Origin: Thalia democratica
Taxonomy: Eukaryota
Length of the DNA: 64,000 nt
Direction of reading: 5' to 3'
Assembly: GCA_965202585.1 (NCBI GenBank)
Contig: OZ241828.1
Location: 62,806,001 to 62,870,000 of the forward strand
A program made the position numbers and the translations under genes. The notes beneath the pieces are model-generated. The model had not been told where the DNA came from, did not search any database, and saw only the letters and a list, made by a program, of their open reading frames with translations. This document shows positions 25,397-39,104 of this stretch, one piece after another (position 1 is the first letter of the stretch; every line of letters begins with the position of its first letter).

Positions 25397-26094
25397 TATA
25401 AACACATGTTGCAAATGATCGAAATTATATTTGAACAAACTTTATATAACATGACTATTGTCGCTTTTCTACACAAATAAATTGGCTTTAAAGGGCAGGG
25501 CTTTTTATACAAGTAAAGTATAAGACATTATTCATTATAAGTACTAGTAAATGTAGTAATTAATGAAATTTAAAAGTAGTTAAAACTTAAAAAATTTTTA
25601 CTGTACGTTCAAATTATTTTAGTAATCAACTATAGTACTTACCTTTGTTATTTAGTCTTTTAAAGAAAATGTGTTTTAATTAGTCGATAAAATTTTGACT
25701 TGTGAATAAAATATTTATTAACAAAAACAAGTAAATTTATGAATAAGTTTCGTAAGACCCTCATTTGCTAATCCAACTTTTGTTCAAAAGGAGTTCAGAA
25801 TTCAGATTATAAGCTTGTATTTAGGTTCAAAGAATTATATGCTATAAGTAATATTGAACACTATTTTGAAAAAATCTCAAAAGCAAGGCAGTTGTTTTTG
25901 AAAAGCAACATGATTTAAAAAAGTTCGAAGAAGTTTTTTTTACATTGACTGTAAACAAATAAGCCAAGGTTTCCCATAGTGCTCCTTGGGGACTATCAAA
26001 TAAATTTAAGGGGAAATGAGCAGCAAAGAGGCCAAATAGAAGGCCATGAGCACTAAAGGGGCAGCAGGGAGGTCTAAAGTATCTTTTAATTACG

Positions 26095-27534
26095 AAACTT
26101 TTTACTAAAATGCTCTTAGTTCCCATTATAAACTGTTAGTTAGTGTAAACAACTGTTGAATAATTAATGCTTTTGAACTAGTAAGTACATTTTTACTTAA
26201 AAATGTTCAATATAATAAAGAGAGTTTTATTTTACTTAGTTTATTATATATAATAATGTTGTTTGAAGCTTTTTGTGTTATGTTGTTATATAGTAATGTT
26301 GTGTTGTGTTTATACTCAAACATTCATACTATTTGTTTATGTGACAACCAACTGGGTTTAAACCTAGAAAAGTTCAATTCAGAGAGTTTTAAAACTATCT
26401 TTAGACAACTAAACCACCTGGAAATTTATTTTTTTATCATTTTATAGTAGTTTAATATTTTTATTTAAGTTGTTTTATTTTTGTATATCTGTTGGCCACA
26501 AACTTGATTCTTTTAAAGTTTTAACTCAAAGAGATTTCAAAACTATCATTAGAATTCCTGCACTATCAGGAAAACATTCAAATAAAATTTAAAGATATTA
26601 TAATTTAATTGTAAAAGTCTAAACGTTTTTTTAGTGAAATTTTAATTTTTATAAATTAAATTACTTCAAAATAAATAATTTTACTATAAATAGATATATA
26701 AATGTGAAAATTTGAATACAAAAATGAATTATTTGTAAGAACTCCATCTATACTAACATTTAAATCAAAATTGAAATTTTCTTTAAATTTTATTTAAATC
26801 TTATGAATTTACAAATTGTATATCAAAATTCAAATCTGTTATCTAAAACAAAAATATTACAGACATAATTAACTTACTCTATAAAAAATTGACTTTTTTA
26901 TCAGAAAACGATATTATAAAATAAATAAAATTAGAATTCAATTTTATAAAGATGTTTTAATTTAATTGTACAAGTTTACACATTCTTTTTAGTGAAATTT
27001 CAATTTTTATAGATTAAATTACTTGAAATTTTTTTTTTGTTATATATAGATATATGATTGTACAGAGTTCAAAATTAAAAAAAATTGTAAGAATTCCATC
27101 TATACTAACATTTAACTCAAAATTAAAAATCTCTTAATGAAAATTTATTCTAGTTTTGATTATTTTACAATATTTTTACGTGAAAAAAAAGTTATTTTTT
27201 TATTCAGTAAGTTAGTTTTGTCTGTAATATTTTTGTTTTATATAACAGATTTGAATTTTAAAATTCAATTAGTTAGTTCATAAAATTTTTTGGTTCTTTT
27301 AGTTTTAATTTATCTAAGTTTAATACAATATATTAAATAGAAAAATATATTATTTTTTTATTACTACTTATATATATATTTTTAAATTCAAAGCAGAATT
27401 TTAAACACAGAGTTTTTTGGCTAAATATTACGTACTTACCTAGCAGTGCATACCTAAGAAATGCGTACTAAAGCGGCAAATTAAGAACAAAAAAAAATTG
27501 AATCCTCTTTGAAAAAAGTCTGGACACGCCGCTG
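26095..27534. mobile_element. Left-truncated second copy of the 13789-15519 hAT element
   Basis: Extended similarity (tgctcttagt, gtatatctgttggccaca, gcagtgcatacctaa, gcggcaaattaagaacaaaa). Right terminus GACACGCCGCTG. Confidence 0.8.
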
Positions 27535-29045
27535 CTTAAGTGTTTTGAATGGTAGTTTTTTGAGTAATGTTGTTGGAGGGGGATACATATTACTTATATC
27601 TTTAAGGCGACCTTTCGAAAAAAAAATTGAAAACTCTGGTATAAAGAATAATTATTTTTTAGTTATTTAACTAAAACTAAATTATCAAGGTATAAAAACT
27701 ATGTTTTTACACTTATTTCCTGTTTTTTTTTAACAACAAAATAATACATAGTAATAACAATCTACTACCTTAATACTGTAAGTTTCATTAGGATTTAGAA
27801 ATACAAGTCAAACAAAAAACTAAATGAACCATACTTCATTGATACAATTGCATTCTTGCCTTTTATCTAAATAATTTTGTCATATATAAAAAAGTTTAGA
27901 TTTAAATTAAACAAGTAATGTTTAACTAAGATGCAGTTACAACAAAACAGATTAAACTAAGTAAATGCACCTGACGCACGCTTTCACCAAAAACTTCACA
28001 TGAAAAGATAATTTGGAACTAACAAGCAATAAATTCTTCTCAAAATTTTCTTTGTTAATAGTTTTAGCACTAGTGATACATATTTATTGGAAAGATTACT
28101 AGAGTGTTCAAAAATTTTTATCTCTAGTCTTTTAAAGGTTTCTGATGATAAGGATAAGTTACTGTCAAGTTAAGCTAATAGATTCAATATTAACAATATA
28201 ATTTTACTTACTAGTTTAGAATTTTAAAAAAGTAACATTTGATCAAAGTAAAACAACTTGCATCGAATAGACATATTTAAATACTTCACAAAAGTATTTA
28301 GTCTAAGTACTTTTAATTACCTGCAGCCATTACCTTAGTTGATATAAAATAAGTTAAGAACTAATATGAGATTATTACAAAATTTAAAATTACAGAAGAT
28401 TTTTTAAGCCATTAGTATTGTTTATTTTCAACTAATTAAAAAAAAATTACTATCTTGTTAAAATAGTGAGATTTTTGAGCATTAATATATTAGTATCTGT
28501 ATGGCTAGTTCAATGTCAAAATTTCCTTATAGTTTTTAGCTAACGTGACTTTTCAAATACTATTCTATGATAATTCCTATAAAAATAGTTATATATTAAA
28601 ACCTCAAATGCTTAATTTTTGTATAATCTAAGAATCTTTTGGAAATATGACAAGCATTTTTCTATGAACTTAAGAAACCAATTAAGGGTAACTTAGGTAA
28701 AATTAATTAGTGTGAGTTAATATTAAAAATTAAGAAAATGTTTAAATGTTTGCTTTTATTTTTAAAACTAAAACTTCTCTATACAATACCTGTCTAATTA
28801 TTAAAGTTGTTAGCATGTTCCAAATAATGTCAATGTAGGTTTTTTGAAAATTTTTTCCAGGATTTTTTAATTTTTTCAAGATTTTTTGGTCTATTTTTAG
28901 TACAAATTTAAATTTAAGTAAAAAACTGTCTAAAATAGTAGAATAGCATAGAGTGGCACTTAAAGTTACTTTAAACGTGTTTTTTAATTAAAAAAGTTAA
29001 TAATACAGAATTATTTTTCTCTTTATGATTTATTTTTGTTATTTA

Positions 29046-29266
29046 TTAAGACCTTTTATTAATTTCATGTGAAAATGGTTTCGAGCTCAAGTTTGCTCTA
29101 GGATTCCAGTTTTTTAGTAACTCTGTAAACAGAAAATAAAACTTAATAAAATAAAAAAATTTAAACACAACATAACCTCATTAATATAACCTCTTTCTTG
29201 ATTATGCTTCAGAAATTCATGTACAGTGTAAAAATTTAACCAAAAAATATTGCACTTATTTGAAAA
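29046..29266 (-). other. Possible orphan exon pair
   Basis: 29266-29191 and 29122-29046 join in phase across a 68-nt GT-AG intron with a good pyrimidine tract, giving FSNKCNIFWLNFYTVHEFLKHNQERELLKNWNPRANLSSKPFSHEINKRS*. No recognisable homology. Confidence 0.2.
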
Positions 29267-30096
29267 CTACTAAAATGGTCTTTTTTCAAAATTTCTCATG
29301 TAGGACAAGGGAAGTTATTTGCTAAACACTGTTTTTGATAAAAACAAGCTTCTTTTAAAACATGATAATAATACAAGTTTATGATTAAAATATTATAATT
29401 TAGTAAAACTAGGTTTAACTATAAACTGGTTTAAAAAACTATTTTTTTATTTTAAATAATTTATCCACTAAAAACATTTCTATAACTGATGTTACAAAAT
29501 AAAATTTATTTAAAGATTATTTAGAAAAACAACGAAAACAAACACGTTTAACCTTTAGAAAAGTCTTTGAGAATTTAACTTAAATTTAAGCAGAAAATTT
29601 TAAAATATTGTTTTAAATAAACAAAATTTTTAATATCATAAAAATCCACGTAATTTTAAATAAAATACTATAACTATCTTTCTAAATCAATTAAAATAAA
29701 TTAAATAATAATATGATAACGTAGCTAAATAAAAGTTGGAGAAGACTTTTCATACTTTTAGAATTAGTAGCTAGCATTATATTTCTATTTAAATATTTTT
29801 AGTTATTTATAACCTTAAGTGGTGTAAGGACTTGTAAATATATTAACTAATTTAAACAAATTCATTACAACTGAAAAAAAATTGTAAACAATATAAAACT
29901 GATTGAACTTTTAAAACTAAATATATAGATATTTACTTTTTAAAAGATGATAAAAAATTACAATACAAAATCTTTTAATTTTTAATTCACATCAGTATTT
30001 TATAGTATTAATATGATTTGAAAAACTTAGTATTGGATTTTTTTATTTAATGAGTAGAATAGTTGTGCCAAAATAAAATACTCTATTTATTTTGTT

Positions 30097-30541
30097 CAGG
30101 GTTGTCACTTGTTTTTTCAAGTTTTTCCAGGCTTTTTAAATTTCTTCCAGGTTTTCAAACTTACACATTTTTGGGTCTAATTTTAGTTTTAAGTTTTGTT
30201 TAAGGTAAGAAACTGTGTTAAACAATAAAGAAACATTGAAAATATACTGTAAAGCTACTTTGTAAATGTTTTTTACTAAAAAAGTTTTTGTTGATGAAAA
30301 AATGATTTTACTTCTATGATAGATTATATGAGTCAAATAAAAATTTTACTACTGAACATGTGAAAATTGTTGAAAACCGAGTTTTCCAGGTTTTTTTATG
30401 ATTTATGTTCAAAATTCCACGTTTTTCCAGATTTTTTTATAATTTCTCAAATTCTATATTTTTCCAGTTTCTTTTGACTAAACTGTCAAATTCCATGTTT
30501 TTCAAGGTTTTTCTAGTTTTCAAGGTGAATTGGCAACCCTG
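30097..30541. mobile_element. MITE with CAGGGTTG(C/T)CA TIRs (same family as 14805-15185, opposite orientation)
   Basis: Termini CAGGGTTGTCA...TGGCAACCCTG. The interior matches the reverse complement of 14805-15185. No clean TSD. Confidence 0.85.
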
Positions 30542-32571
30542 TTTATTTCCATTTGAAAAAGGATGGTAACATAAAAACAGTTTTATTTCTTTATTATAAA
30601 TTATTTATTTCTGTTTTTATCTCAAAACTGATTCAAAAAATTGCTAAAAATCAAATTTTACAAAACTATTAAGTCAAAAAGTGTAAAAATTAATTTGAAT
30701 CCATGTTTGTAAAAAACACTTATACAACTCATTTTAGGAAAACCATTTAACTTTTTTATGATATTTAGTTAATTAAAATTTTACTTCACTTATTTACTTA
30801 AATAATACAAAAATTTTTTAAATATTTTGAAGTTAAAAACTGTCCTAATGTTTTTTAAACTTAAAAACATTTTAGGTAGATATAATTTAATACAACCTAA
30901 AGATAAACCTTTAAAACTTCACATAAAATTTTTCTATTTTGAAAATAATTTTTAATAATAATAATTTTTGATAAGCAATTTAAAAACTCCTAAAGCAGTT
31001 TCTGTGTAGTAGTACAATTTTATATAATGAATAAAATATTTGATTTTTTAATTTACCTGACTTTGGAAACCAAAATTTATGATTTTTATATTTAAAAGTA
31101 TTTGAACAAAACTGAAGTACCTAAAGTCATAACCAATATATCTATATTAATAGTAATGAATAATATATTGACAAACATAAAAGCAGAGTTATTTTAATTA
31201 TAAATACTAAATATTTTTTTATAGGCTTTCAGCAATTATTTTAATAAATAATATAACAGTATGAATATAAAATAAGACTAATATAACTTAAACAAAACAT
31301 ATAATACACAAAACTTTAATACTTTTTGAATATATATTACAGTATAAATAATCTATTTAAGATAACTCACTTTTTTTCCACGTGCTTAAAGTCCCTAAGT
31401 CCATAATAGTTATATGTAGGTAAAGTAAGTAGTAGAATATGAAATTATAAATATAACTAAAATGTAGTTTTATTGAAATACTATTTTAAATTCAATACAG
31501 ACTAGGAATGCTTAGGTCAAAGTTTTTGTATATTCAGAAAAAAAAGTTTGACAAAAATAGGTAAAAGTATTTGTTTAACTTGTGTGTTATATAAGAAGGC
31601 TACAACTTAATAAAAAGTAATACTGACTAATACTTATTTTGTTGAGAATGAATTTTAGTAAAATATTTTATTGTTTTAAAGCTATATTGTATTGAGTTCT
31701 TGCTATTTTCAATTATTCTAAAAAGTAAATTTAATAACTCTTAAAGTTCAGCTACAATACTAATAGACAAATAACAATTTTTTCGTTTAATTTTATGCAA
31801 AATAATGAAATTAGTACGAAAAAAAAACTGATTGTTTGTGCATAATTTGTTAGATATACGTTCTATTTTTCGTTAATTTACTTAATCTTTTAAAAGATTT
31901 CTTTTCAGAGTAATCAAAATATCAATACTTTATAGTTAGTAAATTTTCATATAGTTATAAAACCTAGAATGATTACAATCTTGAAATTTAGACTTTTAGT
32001 TTTAAGTTTTATTCATTGGTAGGACTTATAATGTTTTATTTACTGATAAGTTATAGGTAAAAGGTTGTAAAACTTAATAGACAACAAAAACAATATTAAG
32101 TAAGATTTTTATTGTATTATAGATCAAGGCCTTTTTATAATGTAAAACAAATCTACAATAAAAATAAAGAAGAAAACAAACGCTAAATTGAACAGCTACA
32201 ATTAGTTCAACTCCTTATCTAGAATGTTTTAGTTTTATTCAGTCTTCAGTTAATTTTTTTAATTAAAATAGTTTTTTACTATAAATAAATCAGTTGATTT
32301 TGTAACTTTATAAAAGTAATAAAAATATTTTGTTTATCAAAAAGTTACAATTTTAAATTATGAAGTTTTTAATTTTTTTTCGAAACACTTAAATTGTGTT
32401 TTGGAGTTTCTTAATTTGTAAATTAAATTTTCATTTAAAAATTTGCGAAATAAAACATGGCTTAGTGTACAGCTACATTTTTTTTGACATGTATAATTCA
32501 AACTTTTTTCGTGTAAGTGTTTAGTTGTAACTGATTTTTTAAATAGAAATTTAATCAATTAATGTGCCAAA

Positions 32572-32876
32572 TTTGAGGTAGTAGTAACTATTCTGAAGTG
32601 TTTGATAGTATCACAAGAAAATTCACGTATATTGAAACATTGCCAAAATGGGTAAGAACATCAGAACCAACTTCACATGATCATTTCAGACGAGATCTAT
32701 TTATTTCTTCATACCAGACCGTCAGCATTGTTTATAAAATTTATTTCTTTAGAAAAGAAAGCAATAAAGTCCATGTACACAGCTATGACGTCAATAACGG
32801 TCTTTTCAGCTTCAAAGCTGCTATGGAGTTAGAAAAGTTCGAGAAAGTAAGCTACACTAAAATCCCAATGACGTAA
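32572..32876 (+). pseudogene. Kelch-repeat gene, 3' fragment (copy A)
   Basis: Homology to copy B starts abruptly at the GGSSDYCEVFDSITRKFTYI-equivalent sequence and ends KIPMT-TAA. No 5' part is present upstream. Confidence 0.85.
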
Positions 32877-33409
32877 AGTATGAAGTTTATACTATAATAA
32901 CTACAATGACATTTATAAATTTAGTTTTAATATCAGTCTATTCTGTTTTAATTATTTTTTTAACATAATCTTTTTTGTTGAATATTTCCTATGTATATTC
33001 GTTTGCATTAAAACTATTTTATATATTGCTTATTTTACTGTATTTAAAGGTTTTATGTGTCTGAAGTTAGTACAAACTAAAGTTGTTTATATTTTTTTCT
33101 CAGATTTTCTTTCTGTTATGAATAAATTCAGTAATAAGTATATAAATAAAACACTATGAATAAAATTCATTGTATAACTTATTTTAACAACTAAATTCTC
33201 ATCTGGATAAAAAAAAGGTTTAAAAATAATAGTTTATGCTCTTGACGTAATAGAAAAGTATTCTAATAATGCATTGTGAAATTTTCTTTTAACATATAAG
33301 TAATTTCGAGCATAACATTTTTAGTAACATAAACAAAGTGTTTTCTATAAGTTTTAAATTTATACTTGACTTGTTTAATTAGTAAGTATCTAAATTAAAT
33401 ATAGTTTTC

Positions 33410-34760
33410 TAAAAATTTCGTTGTAAAGTAAAATTTCGAAAGCTTGAATTTTAATAATATTAGAAAATTGTTTTTATAACTATAAATTAAAAATTTATTG
33501 TAGGTGATAACTTATATTTGAACAGTAGGTTTGTAGTTTACTTTTGTGATTCGTTTAGGTTAGGGGACCGCGGACTCCATCTAGCCCGCCAAGTGGAAAT
33601 GAACGGCTCACCAATGTTTACTAAATTTAGTTGTAATAGGACCCGCAAAAAGTAAAACTGAGGGCAATAAGAATGTGAATCTAGCCTGTTAAACAGTTTA
33701 CTTGACATTCTAAGATTTTAAGTGACGAAAAAAAAAGGTCTCTCGTAGAACTTACAGGAAATTTAAAACTTGTACTAGATGTAGTAACAAAAAGATTCGT
33801 ATAAAATAAGTAGTTTTTTAATTTCTGATTTTTTAATTTTTATATTTAATTATAGTTAAGTTCATTAAGTACCATTAAAATAAAGAAGTTATAATTAAGT
33901 TGATACTTGAAGATAATTAAACAGCTAGAATTTGTCGATAAAAAAAAAAGTTTTTAAAAAGATAGTAGTATATGTACTTGAGTTGCTAAATATAAAAGGT
34001 AAAAGTTGGGATAAAAGGTGGCAGAAAGCTATATTTTTAATGCATTTACATATAACATGTAAGTGAATACGAAGCATAAAATAAAAACTAAGAACGAAAC
34101 TAAAGTTATTTAAAAAATATAGCACTAAAATTTTCTTAATTTATAACTAACTATACTAAATAACTATTAAATGATACTTTTTTTATTTACAATTTTTTAA
34201 CTCAAACTAGCTTATCATGTAGATGTGTTTAGCTCTTCTAACTGAAAGTTAAAAGTGAAAATGTGCTTAACTTTTACTTAAAGGTTATTTATTCATAAAT
34301 ACTTTTTTTTGTTAGTATGTTTTTAAGTTATATATTGCTTTCTAAAAATTGTTGTAGTAAAATGAAATTTTAAAGCTTGTAAGTTTATACAACTAGAAAA
34401 TTGGTTTTATAACTACAATGATAAGTTTGTTTGCAGTTGATAACTTATTATATAACAGTAAATTTGTAGTTTATTTACGAGATTCGATTAGGTTAAGGGC
34501 CCGCGGACTTGATCTAGCCCGCCAACAAGGAAATGAAATTCGTTGATGTTTACAAAGTTTAATTGTAATAGGTAACGAAAGGTAAAACTGCGGCCAGCAA
34601 GCAAGTAAATCTAGCCCGTTAAAGTAAATTATAAAGTGTGTACTTGACATTCTAAGTGACGAACGCAAAATAAAAAAGTCTCTTGTACAATTCAGGGGAA
34701 ATGTAAAACTTACACTAGATATGGTAAAATAAAAAAATCGCACAAAATATTTATTTTTCG
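33410..34760 (+). repeat. Diverged direct duplication (~33410-33810 and ~34350-34760) with a conserved GC-rich core
   Basis: Shared blocks gataacttat, tttgtagttta, ttaggtta.ggg.ccgcggact..atctagcccgccaa, gtaaaactg, aatctagcc.gttaaa, tacttgacattctaag. Confidence 0.8.
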
Positions 34761-35279
34761 AAATAAAGTAGACAATTGAATAATTTTAAGGTATAAAATG
34801 AAATGGAAGCCCGCCAAGGACTTAATTTTTCCACATCGGGCTCGCTGACTGGATACATTGCTCACATCTAATGTAAGCGGCGGTGATTTACAGCTGTGAT
34901 TTTTCTAAGCTTTGTGTTTATTTTTCACTTTAACATTTTTGCAGTGTACATGGTGGGTCAAATAGGCTTAATTCGAAACGGTTAATTAGCTAAACTTAAG
35001 ATAAAAGTGTTGATTGTATAAAACACATGCACTAATTATTTTCAATGTGAAATATTTATTAAAATTATAGTGTTATTCTTTATCTACAGTTATACCGAAG
35101 CAGTCAACTTTGTATTTCATTGTTCATTTTAAAGAAGAGATGTTTTCAAAGCATTAAGATATGGATATGGAAAACTTATATATTTTTTTAAGTATAGACA
35201 TACAAATAAGTCTACTAACTTTAGAAAAATTGATTCAGGAATTCTTCATACGCAATTTCTTAGCGCAATAAAAATAAAA

Positions 35280-35900
35280 GTAGCTGTCAAATTTGCACGA
35301 TCGTACAAAATTGCAAAGAAGCCGAACATTTGTTGAAGGGACAAATTTGCAATAGGGCTCAAAATTCCACGAAGGCACTTTAGCACGAAAGAGAATACCA
35401 CGAAGGCACTTTAGCACTTTTACACGAGCACACACTTTTGCACAGGTTGAATTTTCTAATTATTATTTATTTTTTTATTAATGTTAATTTTTTTTAAATA
35501 GTTTATTTAGTCTTTTATTTTTATTTTTTACTGTTACAGTTACCCCTGACCCTTACCTTCGTTCGGTATATTTTTTTTTTAATTTATTTTTATCTACTAA
35601 TTTTTCGTCTTATTTTTTTAATAATATTTATATTAGTTAATTCTTTTACTATCACTGTTACCTTACCCTCGGTCAGTATTTTTTTTGTTTGTTAAATAGT
35701 TGTTTTTTTTTCTGCTTTTATTTTTTATACATTTCATTTTTGTGTTTTCTTTTACTTTCGTGCAAAAATTACCCTCCGTGCAAAATTGTAACTCGTGCAA
35801 AATTGACCCTTAGTGCAAAATTGTCTTCGTGCAAAAGTATCTTCGTGCAATTTTGTTCCCTCATACAATTTTTTTTTGTGCGATTTTGACCTGTTCCCGT
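35280..35900. mobile_element. CGTGCAAAA-array foldback element (most complete copy)
   Basis: Left arm of TTTTGCACGA-type units, an AT-rich core with two TTACCCT-CGGT motifs, and a right arm of about six CGTGCAAAA units ending TTCCCGT. Confidence 0.75.
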
Positions 35901-38153
35901 AAAAAAGAAATCTAAAACTTAGTTTATAGTTTTACATAATTTAAAGAAAGAACCGTAACTTTTTAAGACATACAACTAAATAGGTGTATTTTTGTTAAAA
36001 AAATTCTTTTATAATAATTTAAGTTAACCTTATAAAACTTAAAAAAAAAATCTGTTTTCTCTTAATCTAAATAGCGATAATATAATTTAAACTACATATT
36101 AGTTTTTTATTTGTTTTAAAATATTCTGTAGTTTTATATTCTCACTGTACAAAACAAAGTTAAACTAAAATGTATAATAGTTAAAATAAAAAGTTTAAAG
36201 TTATTTGAAAAACAAAAACAAAGTATATTTGTTTTTAATTAAGTTTTTAAAAGGATTTTTTATATTTATTCAAACTTATTAGAACTGAGTTTAAGTATAT
36301 AACTCAAAAATTTGTCTAAAAATATACAAATTTATAATAATCGTTGAAATTAAGTGGTAGTATTTATTATTCCGAATACCCTTTTTTGAACAACAAAACA
36401 TAAAACTATATTCTATGTATAGTTCTCGAAAAATTTAGTTAAACACTATTTTTTAATTAAACTAATTAATTTCAAACGTTAAAAAAAAAATCTATTTGTT
36501 ACCATCGACAAATTTATTATGTTTAAAAAAAAATAAAATAAAATAAAAACGCTTATAGCGTATCGTGTTCTTACTTTTGTGTTATTATAAATTAACTTAA
36601 AAAAACTTTTTTACAATATTTTTATGCAAACTAAATTTGAATAACACTTATAAACATATTCTATTTGGTAACTCGATTAAAACTTAATGATTGTTTCTTT
36701 TTTTCTTGTTTTTGTAAATGAAATTTCAGTTTAAATTGTATTGAATATAAAAATGAGTACAATTAGCTTTACATAAAAAAAAATTAGTTAAACAAATACA
36801 TGAATTAATTTGTCTTTTTATAACAGGGAGACAAGTTCTACCATTTAACTGATCTAATTAATGTTAGCAATTAAACATTATATAAAAATAAACTAATGAT
36901 AGTTTCAAAGTGATACTTTAAAAATTATTAATCTAAAATGCATACTTTTACTTAACTAACATATTACAGATAATTACTATTTCATTTGTATTAAGTTTAA
37001 CTTTTTATAATAGATAATAAAAACTTTAAACAAACTTCAGCTCATACGTAATGTTTTATGTTGAGTGGTCATGTTTCGATTGTTTAAAGTTTTTTTATAA
37101 ATAATTTAAGAATTAAACATGCATAAAAGATATTAATATTGAATCTGTTTATTTGGATAAATATATAATAATTTTTTAAGTATTATTGTAAATAAATAAA
37201 TAAAAGAGTCTTTTTAATTTTATTAAAGCTTTAAATCTAATATTTAAATTATTATTTAATTATTTTAAGTATTTTAGTAAAATTTTACTACAGTTCAAAG
37301 TTGAAAAATTTCATTAAATTATCTTTCTAAATACAACCTGTAAATAATATTATATATTGTTATTTAAACGACAAAAAAGGCGCTCAAAAAGTTTGGTCTG
37401 AAGACATGGTGTACAAAAGAACCTCGGTTATCGAGTCGAACACCACAAGCTTATAAAGTTTCTTACGAGCTATTTCACATTGTTTTTTTTATCACTTAAT
37501 CTATGTTAATAAAAAAATCAGTTAAACGAAAAAATAAAAAATAAATAAAACTAAACGAAAAATAAGTGAATTTTGTGTTTAATAATGTACTATGAATTTT
37601 GTTTAGTAACATAAGAACTAAAAAATATACAACACTTAAAAAAAACTTTTAAAAGACGATAAACAGCACTAATAACAAACGTGTGAATACTTGAATTGTA
37701 GGTTACAACTTCTTTCAAGAAAGTAAAATGTAATACGCTGAATGTATTACAATAGTTACTAGTAGTTTATATTACAATAGATACCATTAGTTTTATTAGT
37801 ACATACTATTTGAATATATATTCCATAAACTTTTCCAAAATAGCTTGTAAACTAAGTAAAAATATTTTTTAATATAAGTTGTAAAATGATAAAATTAAAG
37901 TTTAATATAACAAAATTAGTTATAAAAGTATTATTTATACTAGTTTAATACAAAACATTCATTTCAAGATTCGTAAAACTTGATTCATAATTAAACTTTC
38001 AAATTATTTAAGCACAAAATATTAATTTATTTTATAAGCCTACTAAAAAAAATTTTTAAATAATATATTAGTAATCTAAACTTGCTTATGATAAATTTAT
38101 TTTAAGTTTCTAGTGTTTACTGTAATTACAAATAAACAAACAAAAATTAATAA

Positions 38154-39104
38154 ATGGGGTCATATTTTTCAAAACCTGAGAAAAAATCCGGAGAGCAGTT
38201 TCCTGTTCTGTATAGAAGCAGGTATTGTGATCAGGAAAATTTTAAAATTACAGCGTTTAGTAGAGCATGCGACGGAAAAGACGTTTATTTTGATAAACCT
38301 GTCTTGCTGAGTAACTTCGATGCTAAAGAACGTCTACCTAATGTGATGACAAAGTCCAGTGATGCAGTCAGTTACAAATCTAGTACATTGAAAAGAGAAA
38401 TTAGGCTTAAACCGTTTAGAAATTGTAGTAATTTAAAGTTTTTTGGTAAGGGCGGTTACCTTTATTTGTTGAACCAGCATCTTTTATCAAAAAGAGATTA
38501 TTACTCTCGAAGAAGACAAACACACTAATAGATGGAAATCTATTGCTTTATGATAGAAAGAAGGAAGTATACAGCTTGTACAGTTTTCGAAGGCAAAATC
38601 GTTGTGTAAGGAGGTATTAAAACGGTTGTAAGAAAAATTATGACATATAGGGGTTCACATAATTCCGTTGGAAGAAAACTTGTGAGCGAAAGCCCGAATT
38701 CAGTAGAAGCTTATGATCATCATGAAAACAAATGGACCTATTTTCCTAGTATGCTATCACGAAGAACTAACCATTCAGCACTTAGTATCGGCAACAAATT
38801 GTTTATGATTGGAGGTAGTAGTGATTATTGTGAAGTGTTCGACAGTATCACAAGAAAATTCACGTATATTGAAACAATGCCGAAATTGGTGAGAACATCA
38901 GAACATGATCATTTCAGACTAGATCTATTTATTTCTTCATACCAAATCGTCAGAATTGGTTATAAAGTTTATTTCTTTAGAAATGAAAACAGTAAAGTCA
39001 ATGTTCACAGCTATGACGTCAATAACGATCTCTTCAGCTTCGAAGCTTCCATGTAGGTAGAAAAGTTCGAGAAAGTAAGCTACTTTAAAATCCCAATGAC
39101 CTAA
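38154..39104 (+). pseudogene. Intronless kelch-repeat gene, copy B
   Basis: Starts MGSYFSKPEKK and carries kelch motifs (CTVFEGKIVV.GG, VEAYDHHENKW..FPSM, HSALSIGNKLFMIGG). Relative to copy C it has an ~150-nt internal deletion, a frameshift, TCA>TAA in V-S-GG, and TAG where copy A has GAG (~39054). Confidence 0.88.

Noticed and set aside
25965-27640. Outer Charlie-like element enclosing the truncated hAT copy
   Set aside because: The putative ends (CAAGGTTTCCCA and GAAAACTCTG) are too degenerate and there is no TSD.
35280-35900. CRISPR-like array of regularly spaced repeats
   Set aside because: The units are short (~9-bp core), degenerate and inverted at both ends of an element, in a eukaryotic context with no cas genes. 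They are transposon subterminal repeats.
2833-38610. Non-standard genetic code (TAA/TAG read as sense), suggested by in-frame TAA at 2833, 19202 and in kelch B
   Set aside because: TAA is the conserved terminator of all three kelch copies and ends the Ly6 GPI signal. The in-frame stops replace different residues (Gln-like, Ser, Glu), as expected for nonsense mutations.
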